Positions 1 to 12,709 of a stretch of DNA of 64,000 bases are shown in pieces. Under the pieces are notes generated by a model. It saw nothing but the letters and a program-made list of their open reading frames with translations. It was not told the origin of the DNA and made no database searches. Each line of letters opens with the position of its first letter. The stretch's first letter is position 1. The DNA comes from Stegostoma tigrinum (lineage: Eukaryota): positions 6,120,658 through 6,184,657 of the forward strand of contig NC_081394.1 of the NCBI RefSeq assembly GCF_030684315.1, given 5' to 3'. A program made the translations under genes and the position numbers.

Positions 1-90
1 TCAGAATCCAGGCCCGAAACGTCAGCTTTTGTGATCCTAAGATGCTGCTTGGCCTGCTGTGTTCATCCAGCTCCACACTTTGTTATCTCA
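1..90 (+). mobile_element. Neptune-like PLE 3' terminal fragment (3' half of HHR plus tail), cut by window edge
   Basis: ggcccgaaacgtcagcttttgtg...gttcatccagctccacactttgttatct matches the terminus of the PLE at 9310-9390. Confidence 0.8.
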
Positions 91-109
91 GAAAACACAC
101 AATGCCATG

Positions 110-258
110 TTATATTCCAACAGGCTTATTTGAAAATACAAGCTTTTGGAGTCTCGCTAACACCTGAAGCACTAACACCTGTAGATGGAGTGAGACTCCA
201 ATAGCTTGTGTTTTCAAATAACCCTGTTGGATTATAGCCTGGTGTTGAGTGATTTCTA
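110..258. mobile_element. Fold-back pair of termini of a different PLE family (family 3), degenerate HHR
   Basis: tatattccaacagg...caagcttttggagtctc is inverted against gagactccaatagcttgtgttttcaaataaccctgttggattata; same terminus as 16820-16905. Confidence 0.65.
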
Positions 259-957
259 GCATTTCATACGGGGATAGGTCTAATTTCAAGATTTACTCTG
301 GTCTGTTCAGGACAGGTCTTGCAAAGGGAGTTTACAGATTGAAGGCAATGAGTCTGGAAATCATTGCATGCATCACAATGTGTTATATTTCCAGGATAAT
401 AACAGAACAACTGAGAGTCTGTTGGGAAATTCAGTGAGAAGGCACAAAGGCAGTCAGGTATCAGAGAGTTATTAGAACTCAGGCAAGAAGTTTGAGGAAT
501 TAGCTGGCAACTCAATGATGGTATCAAGGTTCCTGAAAGAGCCCAGCAAGTGCCAGGAGACTGGGGAGTCTGTGCTCTTCACAGATCAATGCAAGAGACA
601 GTGGATTGAAAAACACAGGGATAATTTTCTTGATGCAACTGAGCAAGAACACAGAGAAAATCCTTGGTGGGGAGGTGTTTGATGCAGCCAGCTCTCAAAG
701 GTAAAACAAAAATGGCTGTTTTGGACCTGTGAAGGAGCACAGCAGTATCATTACAGATTAACTCTGAAGGAAGACTCAGAAAGGCAGGGTAGTCAATTTT
801 CAAATGGGAACATTCACTGAAGTACAGCATGATGCAATGTCTCTACAGGACAGTCTGAGATATACTGAACCAACATGTCAATACAGTGTGTAAGCTTGTA
901 AAGCTGCAAAGTTTGTCATGATTATATTTATGGCTATCACATCTTTTTAATGCACAG

Positions 958-1110
958 TCGTGTGGAGTTTGCACATTCTTCCCATGTCTGCGTGGGTTTC
1001 CTCCAGGTGCTCCAGTTTCCTCCCACAATCTAAAGATGTGCAGGATTGGTGGATTGGCCATTGCCCATAGGGACTTGTTCGGCCAAAGGGCCTGTTTCCA
1101 CATTCTAAGA
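958..1110 (+). mobile_element. HE1/V-SINE, 5'-truncated
   Basis: V-domain gtggagtttgcacattct...gtgggtttcctcc..gtgctcc.gtttcctcccac plus LINE-derived tail gggcctgtttccac. Confidence 0.85.
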
Positions 1111-1446
1111 CTTCTAAGTTAGAATTCATGTTGCACATGTATTGTTCATTATAGTTCTCAAATGTTGTGAAGTAAACTTTATCTTTAACTTGTCTAAAAC
1201 CACGGTATGCTGTATTTTATTCATTTCTTAAGACTGCTGGATATCACACTTTGTCTCCCGTAAAACAAAAGCTTCTGGCCCCTTGCTAGCTTGAGCATTT
1301 AGTTGGCAGTTGTGTCCACGAACATAGCAATGCTGAAAAGCTTTCTGGAAAAGCAGATAAATCTGTTTTGTATTCATAACACAATTGTCATGACTTAATT
1401 GTGGTCTTTTGCTAGTGTGACACCCCCTCACCACTGCCCCTTCAAT

Positions 1447-1632
1447 AGTGCAACACTCCCTCAGTACTGACTTTGTTGGTGCAGCACACCCTCAATTCTG
1501 ACCCTCTGACAGTGAGGCATTTCCTTAGTACTGCCCTCCAACAGTGCAGCACTCCCTCAGTACTGATGCTCCGACAGTGCAGCACTCCCTCAGTACTGAT
1601 GCTCCGACAGTGCAGCACTCCCTCAGTACTGT
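1447..1632 (+). repeat. Short array of 33-bp minisatellite (cactccctcagtactga...cgacagtgcag)
   Basis: About 5-6 degenerate units; reverse complement of the 36097-37745 array unit. Confidence 0.85.
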
Positions 1633-2877
1633 CTCACGAACTGTCGGTCAGTGTGAAGAATTTTAAGTACTTCGATAAAATATTTAACTTATGAGAAAAT
1701 TCCCCAAATTGCTTTCCAGTGGACCATCCCAGTGACACATGCCAACACATTCAATTATACAGAATGTAGCGTGCATACAAACACACATCTATGTGTGAGG
1801 CGTATACACACACACACATCGACGCATGCATTCTAAAACAGCTCTCATACAGTGAAAAGGAACCAGGCTAGCACTAGGGATAGGGTTAATCTTGTGAACA
1901 ATTTCAGTGGAATTGAAGGAATCTTGTCACCATCAGTTAGCAGTTCATCTTTCACTGCAGGCAGCTCCCCCCATCCTTCGTCTAGGGAACAGGTGAAATC
2001 TTTGAACTGAAGGTGGGACCACGAATGGACAAACCCAGTCTCAGCAGACTCCATTCCTGTTCCAGTCAGCCAGCCTGTGGACATCAGTCTGTGCACACAG
2101 CATATTAAGCCACAGTTTTCTGGGTTGATGCAGAAGTCAATTAGATTTAAGGAGAAAAGAGAAAAAGAAAATTTGATGACCAACGATTGGCAAAGTCACT
2201 GGTTTTTCATGTGTTTGTTAAAAAATCAAACCCTCCTCGAATTAAAGGCAATGCTGATCAATAAATGTTCATTTCTCTTAGAAGAATGGGTTTTTGCAGA
2301 ACATTGACTTTGCTTTCTTTCCCCCAATGCACCAGACCTGCTAAGTTTCTCCAGTAATGTCTTCTTCTGTTTGAGAATTCCAGCATTCACAGTTCATTGG
2401 TTTTAATTTAAAGTTACTGTTTGGCCGAAGGCACGTCTGTGCCTTGAAAGTGAAACCTCACAACTTGGTGGTAATGGGTTGACCTGTCACAAAGTCTCTG
2501 GAAAAGCTGAGGTTTTGTTTAAAACTGACACAGCGAATCAGATGTGGAGTGTTTATCAGCCAAATCTGTGACTGGTGTGGAACTGTGCTGTGTAATGATC
2601 ACACGGGAGATTGGGTGGTGTGAAAGTGGTGAACAGCAAGTGCAAGGTAAAATTTTAGTCAAAGCTGATGAAAGATCACAGAAACACAGGAGTCTTAATG
2701 AGTGAACTGACCAAACACATGTGGAACTTGTGACATGTTTGTGATTTTTTTGCCAGTTCTCAAACCAATCATCTGCTAGATGGGAAGCGTATGGAACAGT
2801 TTGCCTCACAGTAAAACAAATTGAGCTCAGGGAAGAGACTGTAGTCAATTTAGCACGGCAAAGTGACCGAACTTGCA

Positions 2878-3033
2878 CCTCTAGACTGTGGGAGGAAATT
2901 GGAGCACCACAGGAAACTCACGCAAATACAGGGAGAACATGCAAACTTCACACAGTCACCCAAGAATAGAATCTAACCCATGACCCTAGTGCTGCAAGGT
3001 AGCAAGGCTAGCCACTGAGCCACAATACTGCCC
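2878..3033 (-). mobile_element. HE1/V-SINE 5' half with tRNA-derived head
   Basis: Reverse complement gives gggcagtattgtggctcagtggctagc head and V-domain. Confidence 0.8.
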
Positions 3034-3348
3034 AACACAGGCCTCCTGAAATATCGCATACTGCTTGCATTATTTCAATATTCCAGTTAAGATAATGCGA
3101 ACTACTAATGTCTACACCGGCCAATTCTGAACAAAGGGAGAGCTATTGAAATGAAAACAGAAAATGCTGGAGACGCTCTGGTTGGGCAGTATCAGTGCTG
3201 CTGTGCAGTGAGAACTGTCCAAGTGTGTTGTGAAATTTTGCATAAGTACAATGAAAATCAATGCAAGACAAACATTGTGTCAACACATTCCACCCAACCA
3301 AAATTACAACATATAAATATCAAATGAACGGCCCAATGATTGCATGAG

Positions 3349-3610
3349 CAGAAGAAATAGGAACAGGAGGAGGCCATTCAACAGGATCATGGCTGATCCA
3401 ACATTCCCCTCGTCCACTTTCCTGTCCTTTCCCTGTAATGCTTGATTCCCCGACTGATCAAAAATCTGTCTTCATCTTAAGTTTACACAAGAACTCTTTC
3501 CTCCTGCAGATCTCTTGTGGCAGAGTTCCAAAGATTCATGATTCTCTGAGAGAAGAAATTCCTGCTAATATCAGTGTTAAATTGGTGCCCCTTTATTCTG
3601 AGACTATACT
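3349..3610 (-). mobile_element. CR1-type LINE 3' end remnant
   Basis: aaataggaacaggaggaggccattca...gatcatggctgat 3' terminus and decayed RT C-terminus. Confidence 0.7.
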
Positions 3611-4689
3611 CAGTTGCAAACCTCACCAGTAAGACTGTAAGCATAATAACTGTGACATTTATAAGTCAATTCAGGTTAAAAAACTGGGTGTGCTGTGAAA
3701 TTGCTTGTCTCATTGAAGTGTGCCACATTACTGTGAAGGTTGGGAACTACTGCTCTAGGTTAAAGCTGATACAACTTGTTTTCATAACCCAATGTAGCAG
3801 AGCTAAGTTCAAATCAGTTCAGAAATTGAAAACTAATCCGATTAACAATTACCAATTGTTAACATGATAAAAAGGCATGGGGAGAAAGCCTGAACTTTTT
3901 TTTCCACAGCTTGTGCTCTCTATTTCTTTAAAGCAATGGTGACTTTGCTAAACTGATAGCACAGCTACTGCTGATCACTTGCTGCCAATTTCTGGCAAAC
4001 TCTTGCAATATGAGATTGGAATATACATGTGGGCCAAAGACTCATGTGGCTGTGATTTTATATTCCAATGACGTTAAGTCAATACAAACAGAAGTGGAAA
4101 TATGGAAATTAAAAAACGAATAAGAACTTCACATGCAACGTGACTCATGGGAATGACGTATCGTGTAAATCCTCATTTGATGGTAGAGTATTGAGGTAAT
4201 CCTAACAATGTCCTTGCAGTGAGCTGATAGCAAGAAGGTGAGCTAAGAAACAACAAGGGCAAGACTCTACACTTTGGGAAGATAAGGAAAAAAGATAAAA
4301 ATGGAGGATTTTGGAGTCCCAATAGCGAACACTCTGAATGAAGTTGAGTACCGTGTGCTTAGAAGCATGGAGATGACACGGCAAGGGTGGAGGGTAGAAT
4401 TGCTTGGCCAGACTATTCTCAGACATTAGCTTCTTTTTTGATTGATCAGGGAGTGTCATGGAAACTCAGTGGGTGTAGCCTAGAATGAATTGCATACGTG
4501 CTGTTAACCTTTCCTTAACCAAATGGGGCGAATTATCTATTTAACTCATCAAATTGGTGGTTAGTTGATACAGACTTGACTCTCTGTGCCATGCCAATAA
4601 CTACTGTCAAGGGCAGTAGCTGGGCAATATTAATTGGCATCCCTGGGTGTGCCATTGACAAGAAGCTCTCACTTCAGACCTAAGTTCAG

Positions 4690-5410
4690 ACAGAGACAGT
4701 TGGTAGGCCCAAAGATAAATCTCTCTGTTGAATCAGCGGGAGACCTGATTGGCAAAGTGCATAGAGAACTAGAGTCTGGGGTTAATTGAGTTAACTTGTC
4801 TCAGGCACAGACACTGGACTCAAGGACCGCTGAGTCAGCGGGAGACTCAAATTGGACTTAATCCAGGGTAGCGAAGCAAAGGGAACTTCCCACACCCAGG
4901 GACATGGATTGTTTTGATTGGAGGAGTCTCCTTTGAATACATGTAAATCAGTGGCTGGCACACGGGGAGTATGCTGGTTCGGCCAGTAGTGAGGGGGAAA
5001 ACCACTGGGAAAACCCTTCAGAAGACAGCTACGTTTAAAAAGCTGCAGAAAGCTGTATCAGTCAACCGGCTGAAGGGCGCAGCAGAAAGCCAGAAAAATT
5101 TGGGGCGTTCGGCTGAGACAGATGATGTTCGAAAGGAGATAAACAGTCTTAAAGAGAAAACTGCAAATTATTTCGCCTACATGAAGCAGTGAGAGATAAG
5201 GTATGGGAAATCAGAGACAGAGAAAAATAAATATGAGGAGGTTTTAAGCAAGATCTTGAGGAGAAAGAGGCATTGAAAAAGCAATGCAATGATTTGAAGA
5301 ATGCTATGTGACTGCTAGTATATACAGTAGGCCAGGAGAAAAGAAACACTGAAAACTACACGGTGTCAAAAGCAGATTGAAAACCCCAAGTCTGCTCCTT
5401 GCTTCAGTAC
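4690..5410 (+). mobile_element. Possible decayed LTR-retrotransposon leader and gag-like coiled-coil
   Basis: Broken K/E-rich coiled-coil frames (KQDLEEKEALKKQCNDLKNAM*), repeated tcagcgggagac leader motif; no catalytic motif visible. Confidence 0.35.
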
Positions 5411-6823
5411 AGTGAACAGCAAAGCAGCTCCAGACTTCGCAATCTGCATCTAGTCTTGATCTCTCTCCCTCCTGAAGTCTGACTTCTTGAAAATGATCCT
5501 AATTTGCCAGGAAAAAAGGAACATATTGCTGTAATTCAACTGCAATTCTCCTGCATTCAAACTTCTACAAAAGGAAATTCTGCCAAACTTTCATGGATAT
5601 TGACTGACTCTACTCAATTCCAAATGAATTATTGTCAACATCTTTAATTTTCAAGTATTTGCAACTGTAACTTTGCTTCTCTCCTGCATTTTTCTTCTTT
5701 CTTGTCAGAATGTTTTCGTGTGTTGTGAACTATTCCCCCAGGTTTCGATTGAATTAATAAAACCATACTTTTAACCCTAAAGAATTTGCTGAGGGTTTTT
5801 TTAAAGAAAAAAGTAGACTCTTTAAAGACAGAAGAACAATAAAAAAAGTATTATTTTATGGTACAGAGGAACTATTCAGCCCATGGTGTCTACAACAGCA
5901 CCCAAAATGGTGACACAGTTACTCCCACTCTCCAACCTTACCTCTGTATCCCACTAAATTCGTCATTTTCATATATGCTACTCTCCCGAAATGCCCTAGA
6001 GATCCTGCCTCCACCACTCACCCAGGCAATGCATTATAAATCTTGAATACTTAGTATGGAAGTTGGGAGGTCACATGGCAGCTGTACAGGACATTGGTGA
6101 GACACCTTTTGGAATACAGTGTGCAAGTCAGGTCTCCCTGCTTTCGGAAGGATGTTGCAAGCCTTGAGTATGTTCTGAAAAGATTTACAAGGATGGCGCC
6201 CTTGAAGTACGGTGGTAGCGTCTGCACCTCTGGGCCAGGAGGCCTGGCTTCAAGTTCAAACTGTGTCATCACATCTCTGCACAGGGTGATCAGCAACCTC
6301 TCAAACACTGGATCTTTTGGGAAAAAAATGTCCCTTCCTGACTTGTGAAAGGACATGAGATTCATCCAATAGCCAGTGGGAACTGTTTGAATTTCTGTGA
6401 ACGCTCCCAAAAGGGATGAAAGGCACAGCACGACATCTTTTGTTTTCTTCAGCAAAGTGGAAATAGCCAAAAGAAAACTCGGCATTGCTGGTGCAAAGTT
6501 GAGAATCAGAGCTCAGGTGGTTTATGCCTTACTCTCTGCTGGGGCTCCTACATACGGTCAGCTGGACCCAGTCTGATTGCAGAGTGAAGCGTGGCTCACT
6601 CACCCGGACTTGCCCTTTCACCTGGAGGTCAGTTAATGGACATACTCACGTGAGACTGTCAATGTTAAACTGGAACAAATAATAGAAAGGTTTGGAGAAA
6701 AAAAAAGAGAACAAAAGACATTTGCTGTGTGACACGAAGATTCCAACACAAGACATCGGCAACAAATTCAATGTGAGGCTGGATGAACACAGCAGGCCAA
6801 GCAGCATCTCAGGAGCACAAAAG

Positions 6824-6855
6824 CTGACGTTTCGGGCCTAGACCCTTCATCAGAG
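6824..6855 (-). ncRNA. Minimal type I hammerhead ribozyme motif (PLE-associated)
   Basis: CU-CUGAUGA-A-GGGUC UA GGCCC-GAAAC-GUC-AG on minus strand. Confidence 0.75.
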
Positions 6856-7077
6856 AGGGGGATGGGGGGAGGGAACTGGAATAAATAGGGAGAGAGGGGG
6901 AGGCGGACCGAAGATGGAGAGTAAAGAAGATAGGTGGAGAGGGTGTAGGTGGGGAGGTAGGGAGGGGATAGGTCAGTCCAGGGAAGACGGACAGGTCAAG
7001 GAGGTGGAATGAGGTTAGTAGGTAGCTGGGGGTGCGGCTTGGGGTGGGAGGAAGGGATGGGTGAGAGGAAGAACCGG

Positions 7078-8129
7078 TTAGGGAGGCAGAGGCAGGTTGG
7101 ACTGGTTTTGGGATGCAGTGGGTGGGGGGGAAGAGCTGGGCTGGTTGTGTGGTGCAGTGGGGGGAGGGGATGCACTGGGCTGGTTTAGGGATGCAGTAGG
7201 GGAAGGGGAGATTTTGAAACTGGTGAAGTCCACATTGATACCATATGGCTGCAGGGTTCCCAGGCGGAATATGAGTTGCTGTTCCTGCAACCTTCGGGTG
7301 GCATCATTGTGGCAGTGCAGGAGGCCCATGATGGACATGTCATCAAGAGAATGGGAGGGGGAGTGGAAATGGTTTGCGACTGGGAGGTGCAGTTGTTTGT
7401 TGCGAACTGAGCGGAGGTGTTCTGCAAAGCGGTCCCCAAGCCTCCGCTTGGTTTCCCCAATGTAGAGGAAGCCGCACCGGGTACAGTGGATGCAGTATAC
7501 CACATTGGCAGATGTGCAGGTGAACCTCTGCTTAATGTGGAATGTCATCTTGGGGCCTGGGATGGGGGTGAGGGAGGAGGTGTGGGGACAAGTGTAGCAT
7601 TTCCTGCGGTTGCAGGGGAAGGTGCCGGGTGTGGTGGGGTTGGAGGGCAGTGTAGAGCGAACAAGGGAGTCACGGAGAGAGTGGTCTCTCCGGAAAGCAG
7701 ACAGTGGAGGGGATGGAAAAATGTCTTGGGTGGTGGGGTCGGATTGTAAATGGCGGAAGTGTCGGAGGATAATGCGTTGTATCCGGAGGTTGGTAGGGTG
7801 GTGTGTGAGAACGAGGGGGATCCTCTTGGGGCGGTTGTGGCGGGGGCGGGGTGTGAGGGATGTGTCGCGGGAAATGCGGGAGACGCGGTCAAGGGCGTTC
7901 TCAATCACCGTGGGGGGAAAGTTGCGGTCCTTAAAGTACTTGGACATCTGGGATGTGCGGGAGTGGAATGTCTTATCGTGGGAGCAGATGCGGCGGAGGC
8001 GGAGGAATTGGGAATAGGGGATGGAATTTTTGCAGGAGGGTGGGTGGGAGGAGGTGTATTCTAGGTAGCTGTGGGAGTCGGTGGGCTTGAAATGGACATC
8101 AGTTACAAGCTGGTTGCCTGAGATGGAGA
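7078..8129 (-). CDS. PLE polyprotein C-terminal part (RT thumb, Zn-linker, GIY-YIG endonuclease), 5'-truncated
   Basis: TDVHFKPTDSHSYLEYTSSHP...SIPYSQFLRLRRICS; PCNRRKCYTC; NVVYCIHCTRCGFLYIGETKRRLGDRFAEH; EQQLIFRLGTLQPYGIN. Confidence 0.9.
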
Positions 8130-9069
8130 CTATTCCCAATTCCTCCGCCTCCGCCGCATCTGCTCCCACGATAAGACATTCCACTCCCGCACATCCCAGA
8201 TGTCCAAGTTCTTTAAGGACCGCAACTTTCCCCCCACGGTGATTGAGAACGCCCTTGACCGCGTCTCCCGCATTTCCCGCGACACATCCCTCACACCCCG
8301 CCCCCGCCACAACCGCCCCAAGAGGATCCCCCTCGTTCTCACACACCACCCTACCAACCTCCGGATACAACGCATTATCCTCCGACACTTCCGCCATTTA
8401 CAATCCGACCCCACCACCCAAGACATTTTTCCATCCCCTCCCCTGTCTGCTTTCCGGAGAGACCACTCTCTCCGTGACTCCCTTGTTCGCTCCACACTGC
8501 CCTCCAACCCCACCACACCCGGCACCTTCCCCTGCAACCGCAGGAAATGCTACACTTGCCCCCACACCTCCTCCCTCACCCCCATCCCAGGCCCCAAGAT
8601 GACATTCCACATTAAGCAGAGGTTCACCTGCACATCTGCCAATGTGGTATACTGCATCCACTGTACCCAGTGCGGCTTTCTCTACATTGGGGAAACCAAG
8701 CGGAGGCTTGGGGACCGCTTTGCAGAACACCTCCGCTCAGTTCGCAACAAACAACTGCACCTCCCAGTCGCAAACCATTTCCACTCCCCCTCCCATTCTC
8801 TTGATGACATGTCCATCATGGGCCTCCTGCACTGCCACAATGATGCCACCCGAAGGTTGCAGGAACAGCAACTCATATTCCGCCTGGGAACCCTGCAGCC
8901 ATATGGTATCAATGTGGACTTCACCAGTTTCAAAATCTCCCCTTCCCCTACTGCATCCCTAAACCAGCCCAGTGCATCCCCTCCCCCCACTGCACCACAC
9001 AACCAGCCCAGCTCTTCCCCCCCACCCACTGCATCCCAAAACCAGTCCAACCTGTCTCTGCCTCCCTAA
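8130..9069 (+). CDS. PLE polyprotein C-terminal part (inverted second copy), 5'-truncated
   Basis: Same protein as 7078-8129, open to the stop at 9069. Confidence 0.9.
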
Positions 9070-9291
9070 CCGGTTCTTCCTCTCACCCATCCCTTCCTCC
9101 CACCCCAAGCCGCACCCCCAGCTACCTACTAACCTCATCCCACCTCCTTGACCTGTCCGTCTTCCCTGGACTGACCTATCCCCTCCCTACCTCCCCACCT
9201 ACACTCTCTCCACCTATCTTCTTTACTCTCCATCTTCGGTCCGCCTCCCCCTCTCTCCCTATTTATTCCAGTTCCCTCTCCCCATCCCCCT

Positions 9292-9323
9292 CTCTGATGA
9301 AGGGTCTAGGCCCGAAACGTCAG
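9292..9323 (+). ncRNA. Minimal type I hammerhead ribozyme motif (PLE-associated)
   Basis: Core CUGAUGA 9294-9300, extra A, stem II GGGUC/GGCCC, GAAAC 9314-9318, palindromic ACGU stem III, predicted cleavage after GUC 9321; stem I only about 2 bp. Confidence 0.75.
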
Positions 9324-10429
9324 CTTTTGTGCTCCTGAGATGCTGCTTGGCCTGCTGTGTTCATCCAGCCTCACATTTTATTATCTTGGAATCTCCAGCA
9401 TCTGCAGTTCCCATTATCTCTGGCAACAAATTCAACCTATTTTACGTTGTTTTGGAGAGAGGGTGTATTTACAGGTAACATGGGGCAATCTCTGCGACCT
9501 AAAGCTCTGCTTATCAAATCTATCAGAGGAACTCATGTGGTTTTACACCTCAGGATCTGACTGTAATGATCTTGATTGACTACACGAGCTAAAGGTGGAT
9601 GACTTAGCGGAGCCAGTTGTGTGCTTTGGCTCCCTCTAGCAGAACTTGAATGGAATTACTTGAAAGGCTCACCCCTTGATCTGGGCTACTTCCAGGTATG
9701 GGTTTACACACCTCAGAGGTATGTCAGAATATCACAATTCCAGGACATTTGCAACACAGAGTCAGGCCATTCAGCCCAAAATATCTCCCATAGCGTTCAT
9801 TAGCCAAGATCTATTATGAATGGGGAGAACAGTACGATGGGTCATATATGATAGCCACAGTGGAATCAAATTGGGAACTGAAGAGGAACCTCTATACCCA
9901 GAAAGTGGGAAGACTGTGGAACTTTGCTCCTAATTAGTGGTTGAGGTGAAACATATCTATAAATTCAAGGGGAAGCTGTGTAAACTCGAGGATGGTGGTT
10001 GAACAGGAGAAACCAATTTGTTCACCGCAGTGCAGCTCTTCTGTTGAGGGAAAGGTTATGCAGACTGATAATGCCTGTTAGATCCACCGCGAGGCCAAAG
10101 TAACCAATCAGCAAGTGCCTGCCTGAGGGGGTGGGGGGAGAAACTCACCGGCAGGACGGTCGGTTTGCGGTGCAGAGAGATGCCAACAGCATGGGTTCAA
10201 TTTCTGTACCAGCTGACATGCCGACACCACCATGAAGGTCCCACCTTCTCAAACACACCCCTTGCCTGAGGTGCAGTCACCCTCAGGTCGAATCACCTTC
10301 AGTTATCTCTCTCAAATGAGACAGAGCAGCCGTCTGGGACTTTAGTAACTTTATCTTATCTGCCTGGTCACAGTTTAATAAGCAAACACTGACCGTTAAC
10401 AGTTCCTGCTACATCTCCTCACCAACCAC

Positions 10430-11265
10430 AGAATCAGAGGTTTAGAACATGAAAAGAAACCATTTGGCCCAATTTCTCCACGATGCCCTGTCTTCTCAAT
10501 TAATCTAGTCCCATTTGCCTGTGTTTGGTCCCTATCCCTCCATCCCTACCCCATCCATGTCCCTGTCCAAATGTTTCTTAAATGACAAAACTGTACTCAC
10601 CACTATCACCTCTGGCAGCCCATTCCAGATACTGCACACAGGCACTACCCTGTGAAAATACTGCCTCTCTGCACTCTTTTGTATCTCTTCCCTCTCACTT
10701 TAAACCTATGCTCTCCAGTTTTAGGCTCCCGTACCATGCGGAAAAGCTGCAAACTACCTACCTACCTACCTTATTTATGCCTCTCACAATTTTATAGGTC
10801 TCTACAAGGTCAGCCCTCAGTCTCCTATGCTCCAGGCAAAAAGGTCCCAGGCTATTCTTATGCTTCAAACCTTCCAGTCTGGGCAGCTCCAAACAAATCT
10901 TTTCTGTACTCTTTTGAGCTTAATATCCTTTCTAGAGCAGGGCAACCAGAACTGTAGACAGTACTCCAAATGTGGCCTTTCCAATGTTTTGTACAGCTGT
11001 AACAAGATGTCACAACTCTTACACTCAGTGCGCAAACATGGCGAAAGCCTTCTTCATCACCTTGTCTACCTGCGACTCCTCTTTCAAGGAGATTTGAACC
11101 TGTACCCCTAGATCCCTTTGTTCTGTAACACTCCCCCAGGGCTCTAACATTGACTGTGTAGGCCTTAGCCTGGCCTGACCTAAAATGCAATACCTTGCAT
11201 TTATCTAAATTAAACTCCATCTGACATCTCTCAGCCTGTTGGCTCAACTGAATCAAGATAGCCTG
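10430..11265 (-). mobile_element. CR1/HER1 LINE 3' portion, decayed
   Basis: AERCQMEFNLDKCKVLHF and LVRPHLEY-like remnants on minus strand. Confidence 0.85.
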
Positions 11266-11556
11266 CTTCACTGCTGACATCTTTTCATGCTGTAAAAAAA
11301 TTGGTGTTCCCTTTCCATTTTCTGATTTCTTGCATCCCAGTTCTGATGAGTATAGGATAAGAATGCTTCAATGTTAGTCTCTCGTTTTAACAAATTATTA
11401 AGTTCTCTACTGCTGACCAATAATCAACAGAAGGGTATACTGAGGTAGTGACATGGGTGAGGACACACATCAGCTCTCCACCTGTAGGGACACTTATAAA
11501 TGTTGACAGATAAATTTCAAATGAAGTATTTTGGCAAATCCAATAACAGCAAATAA

Positions 11557-11781
11557 AAGATAACAAAGTGTGGAGCTGGATGAACACAGCAGGCCACGCA
11601 GCATCTCAGGAGCACAAAAGCTGATGTTTCAGGCCTAGACCCTTCATCCTCTCAGATGAAGGGTCTAGGCCCGAAACGTCAGCTTTTGAGCTCCTGAGAT
11701 GCTGCTTGGCCTGCTGTGTTCATCCAGCTTCACACTGTGTTATCTTGGATTCTCCAGCATCTGCAGTTCCCATTATCACTC
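11557..11781. mobile_element. Fold-back PLE-terminus mini-element
   Basis: Two inverted termini meeting at the HHR; TSD AACAGCAAATAA at 11545-11556 and 11782-11793. Confidence 0.9.
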
Positions 11782-11889
11782 AACAGCAAATAAGACTTCA
11801 TTTATGTGCGTGCACACACACACTTTACTTTCAAAGAGATCTTCAATTATGCTTGGCTATTTTTCCTTTCACACAATCCCTTGTCTACT

Positions 11890-12440
11890 TCTGAATGACT
11901 AACTAGCATCAATTCCAAGGAGGCTGGCGTATAAAAGTTAATAATCTTGCCAAAACTGCATAGGGCTATGGTGAGACCACACCTGGAGTACTCTGTACAG
12001 ATTTGGTTTCCATACTTAGAAAGGTGTGATGGAACACACAAGACAGATTCCTGGAATGAGCAGGTGGTCTTATGAGGAGATACTAAGTTGACTGTCCCTG
12101 TTATTCTCTGGAGTTTTGAAGAACGGGAGACGATGTCATTAAAACATATAAAATTCTTAAAGGTTTGATACAGTGAACTCTAAGAGGGTCCTTCCCCCTA
12201 ACTGGCCCAGCTGAAGAATCTAGAACTAGTTTGGGGAGGAAGTAGCATTTGGGTGCTGGGCACTTTAGACCAAGATCAGGAGAAACTTCTTCACTCAGAG
12301 GGTGGTGAATCTTCTCCACTATAGACCGCTATTGATTCTCAGTTGTTGAGTGGATTTAACACTGAGATCAATCAACTTTTGGCCAAAATAATCCAGAGAC
12401 GCAGCAGAAACGTGGCATTCCGGTCAAAGAGCTGAGAAGC
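11890..12440 (+). mobile_element. CR1 LINE 3' portion, decayed
   Basis: atggtgagaccacacctggagtac (MVRPHLEY), ttcttcactcagagggtggtgaat (FFTQRVVN). Confidence 0.8.
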
Positions 12441-12552
12441 ACATTCAAGGGGTCCTTGTTCTGGTTTTTATAAAGATGGTGAACAGCCTGTGAAGTTCGA
12501 CGTAGCCAGATGGAAGAATCACGACTGGCTTCAAGACATATTTAGAAAGAAA

Positions 12553-12558
12553 TTTATT
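12553..12558 (-). terminator. Polyadenylation signal of MRPL50
   Basis: AATAAA on minus strand about 150 nt after the stop codon. Confidence 0.65.
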
Positions 12559-12709
12559 CAATACTTTAGGGTCCACAGATAGAATAAGGGCATGTAACTA
12601 TCCCTTCCAAGTGCAATGGGGTCTGACAGATGTCCATTCTTGTCTCATGAGGGAAGGAAGGACATTGAGTGCCATCTTCACAGAACACAGACTCCATGCA
12701 CTCCTCCTC

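Larger units (their letters stand above)
6772..9421. mobile_element. Young Neptune-clade Penelope-like element, two 5'-truncated copies in inverted arrangement
   Basis: Arms 6772-8017 and 8130-9375 are near-perfect reverse complements; 14-bp TSD GGCAACAAATTCAA at 6758-6771 and 9422-9435; encodes RT thumb, Cys-rich linker and GIY-YIG endonuclease. Confidence 0.95.

Noticed and set aside
7078-8397. 439-aa ORF as a single gene
   Set aside because: Its N-terminal part (8130-8397) is antisense sequence of the other palindrome arm; only 7078-8129 is genuine PLE coding sequence
11557-11781. DNA-transposon MITE or pre-miRNA interpretation of the palindromes
   Set aside because: Arms are asymmetric, TSDs are long and variable, and the sequence matches the terminus of a GIY-YIG retroelement
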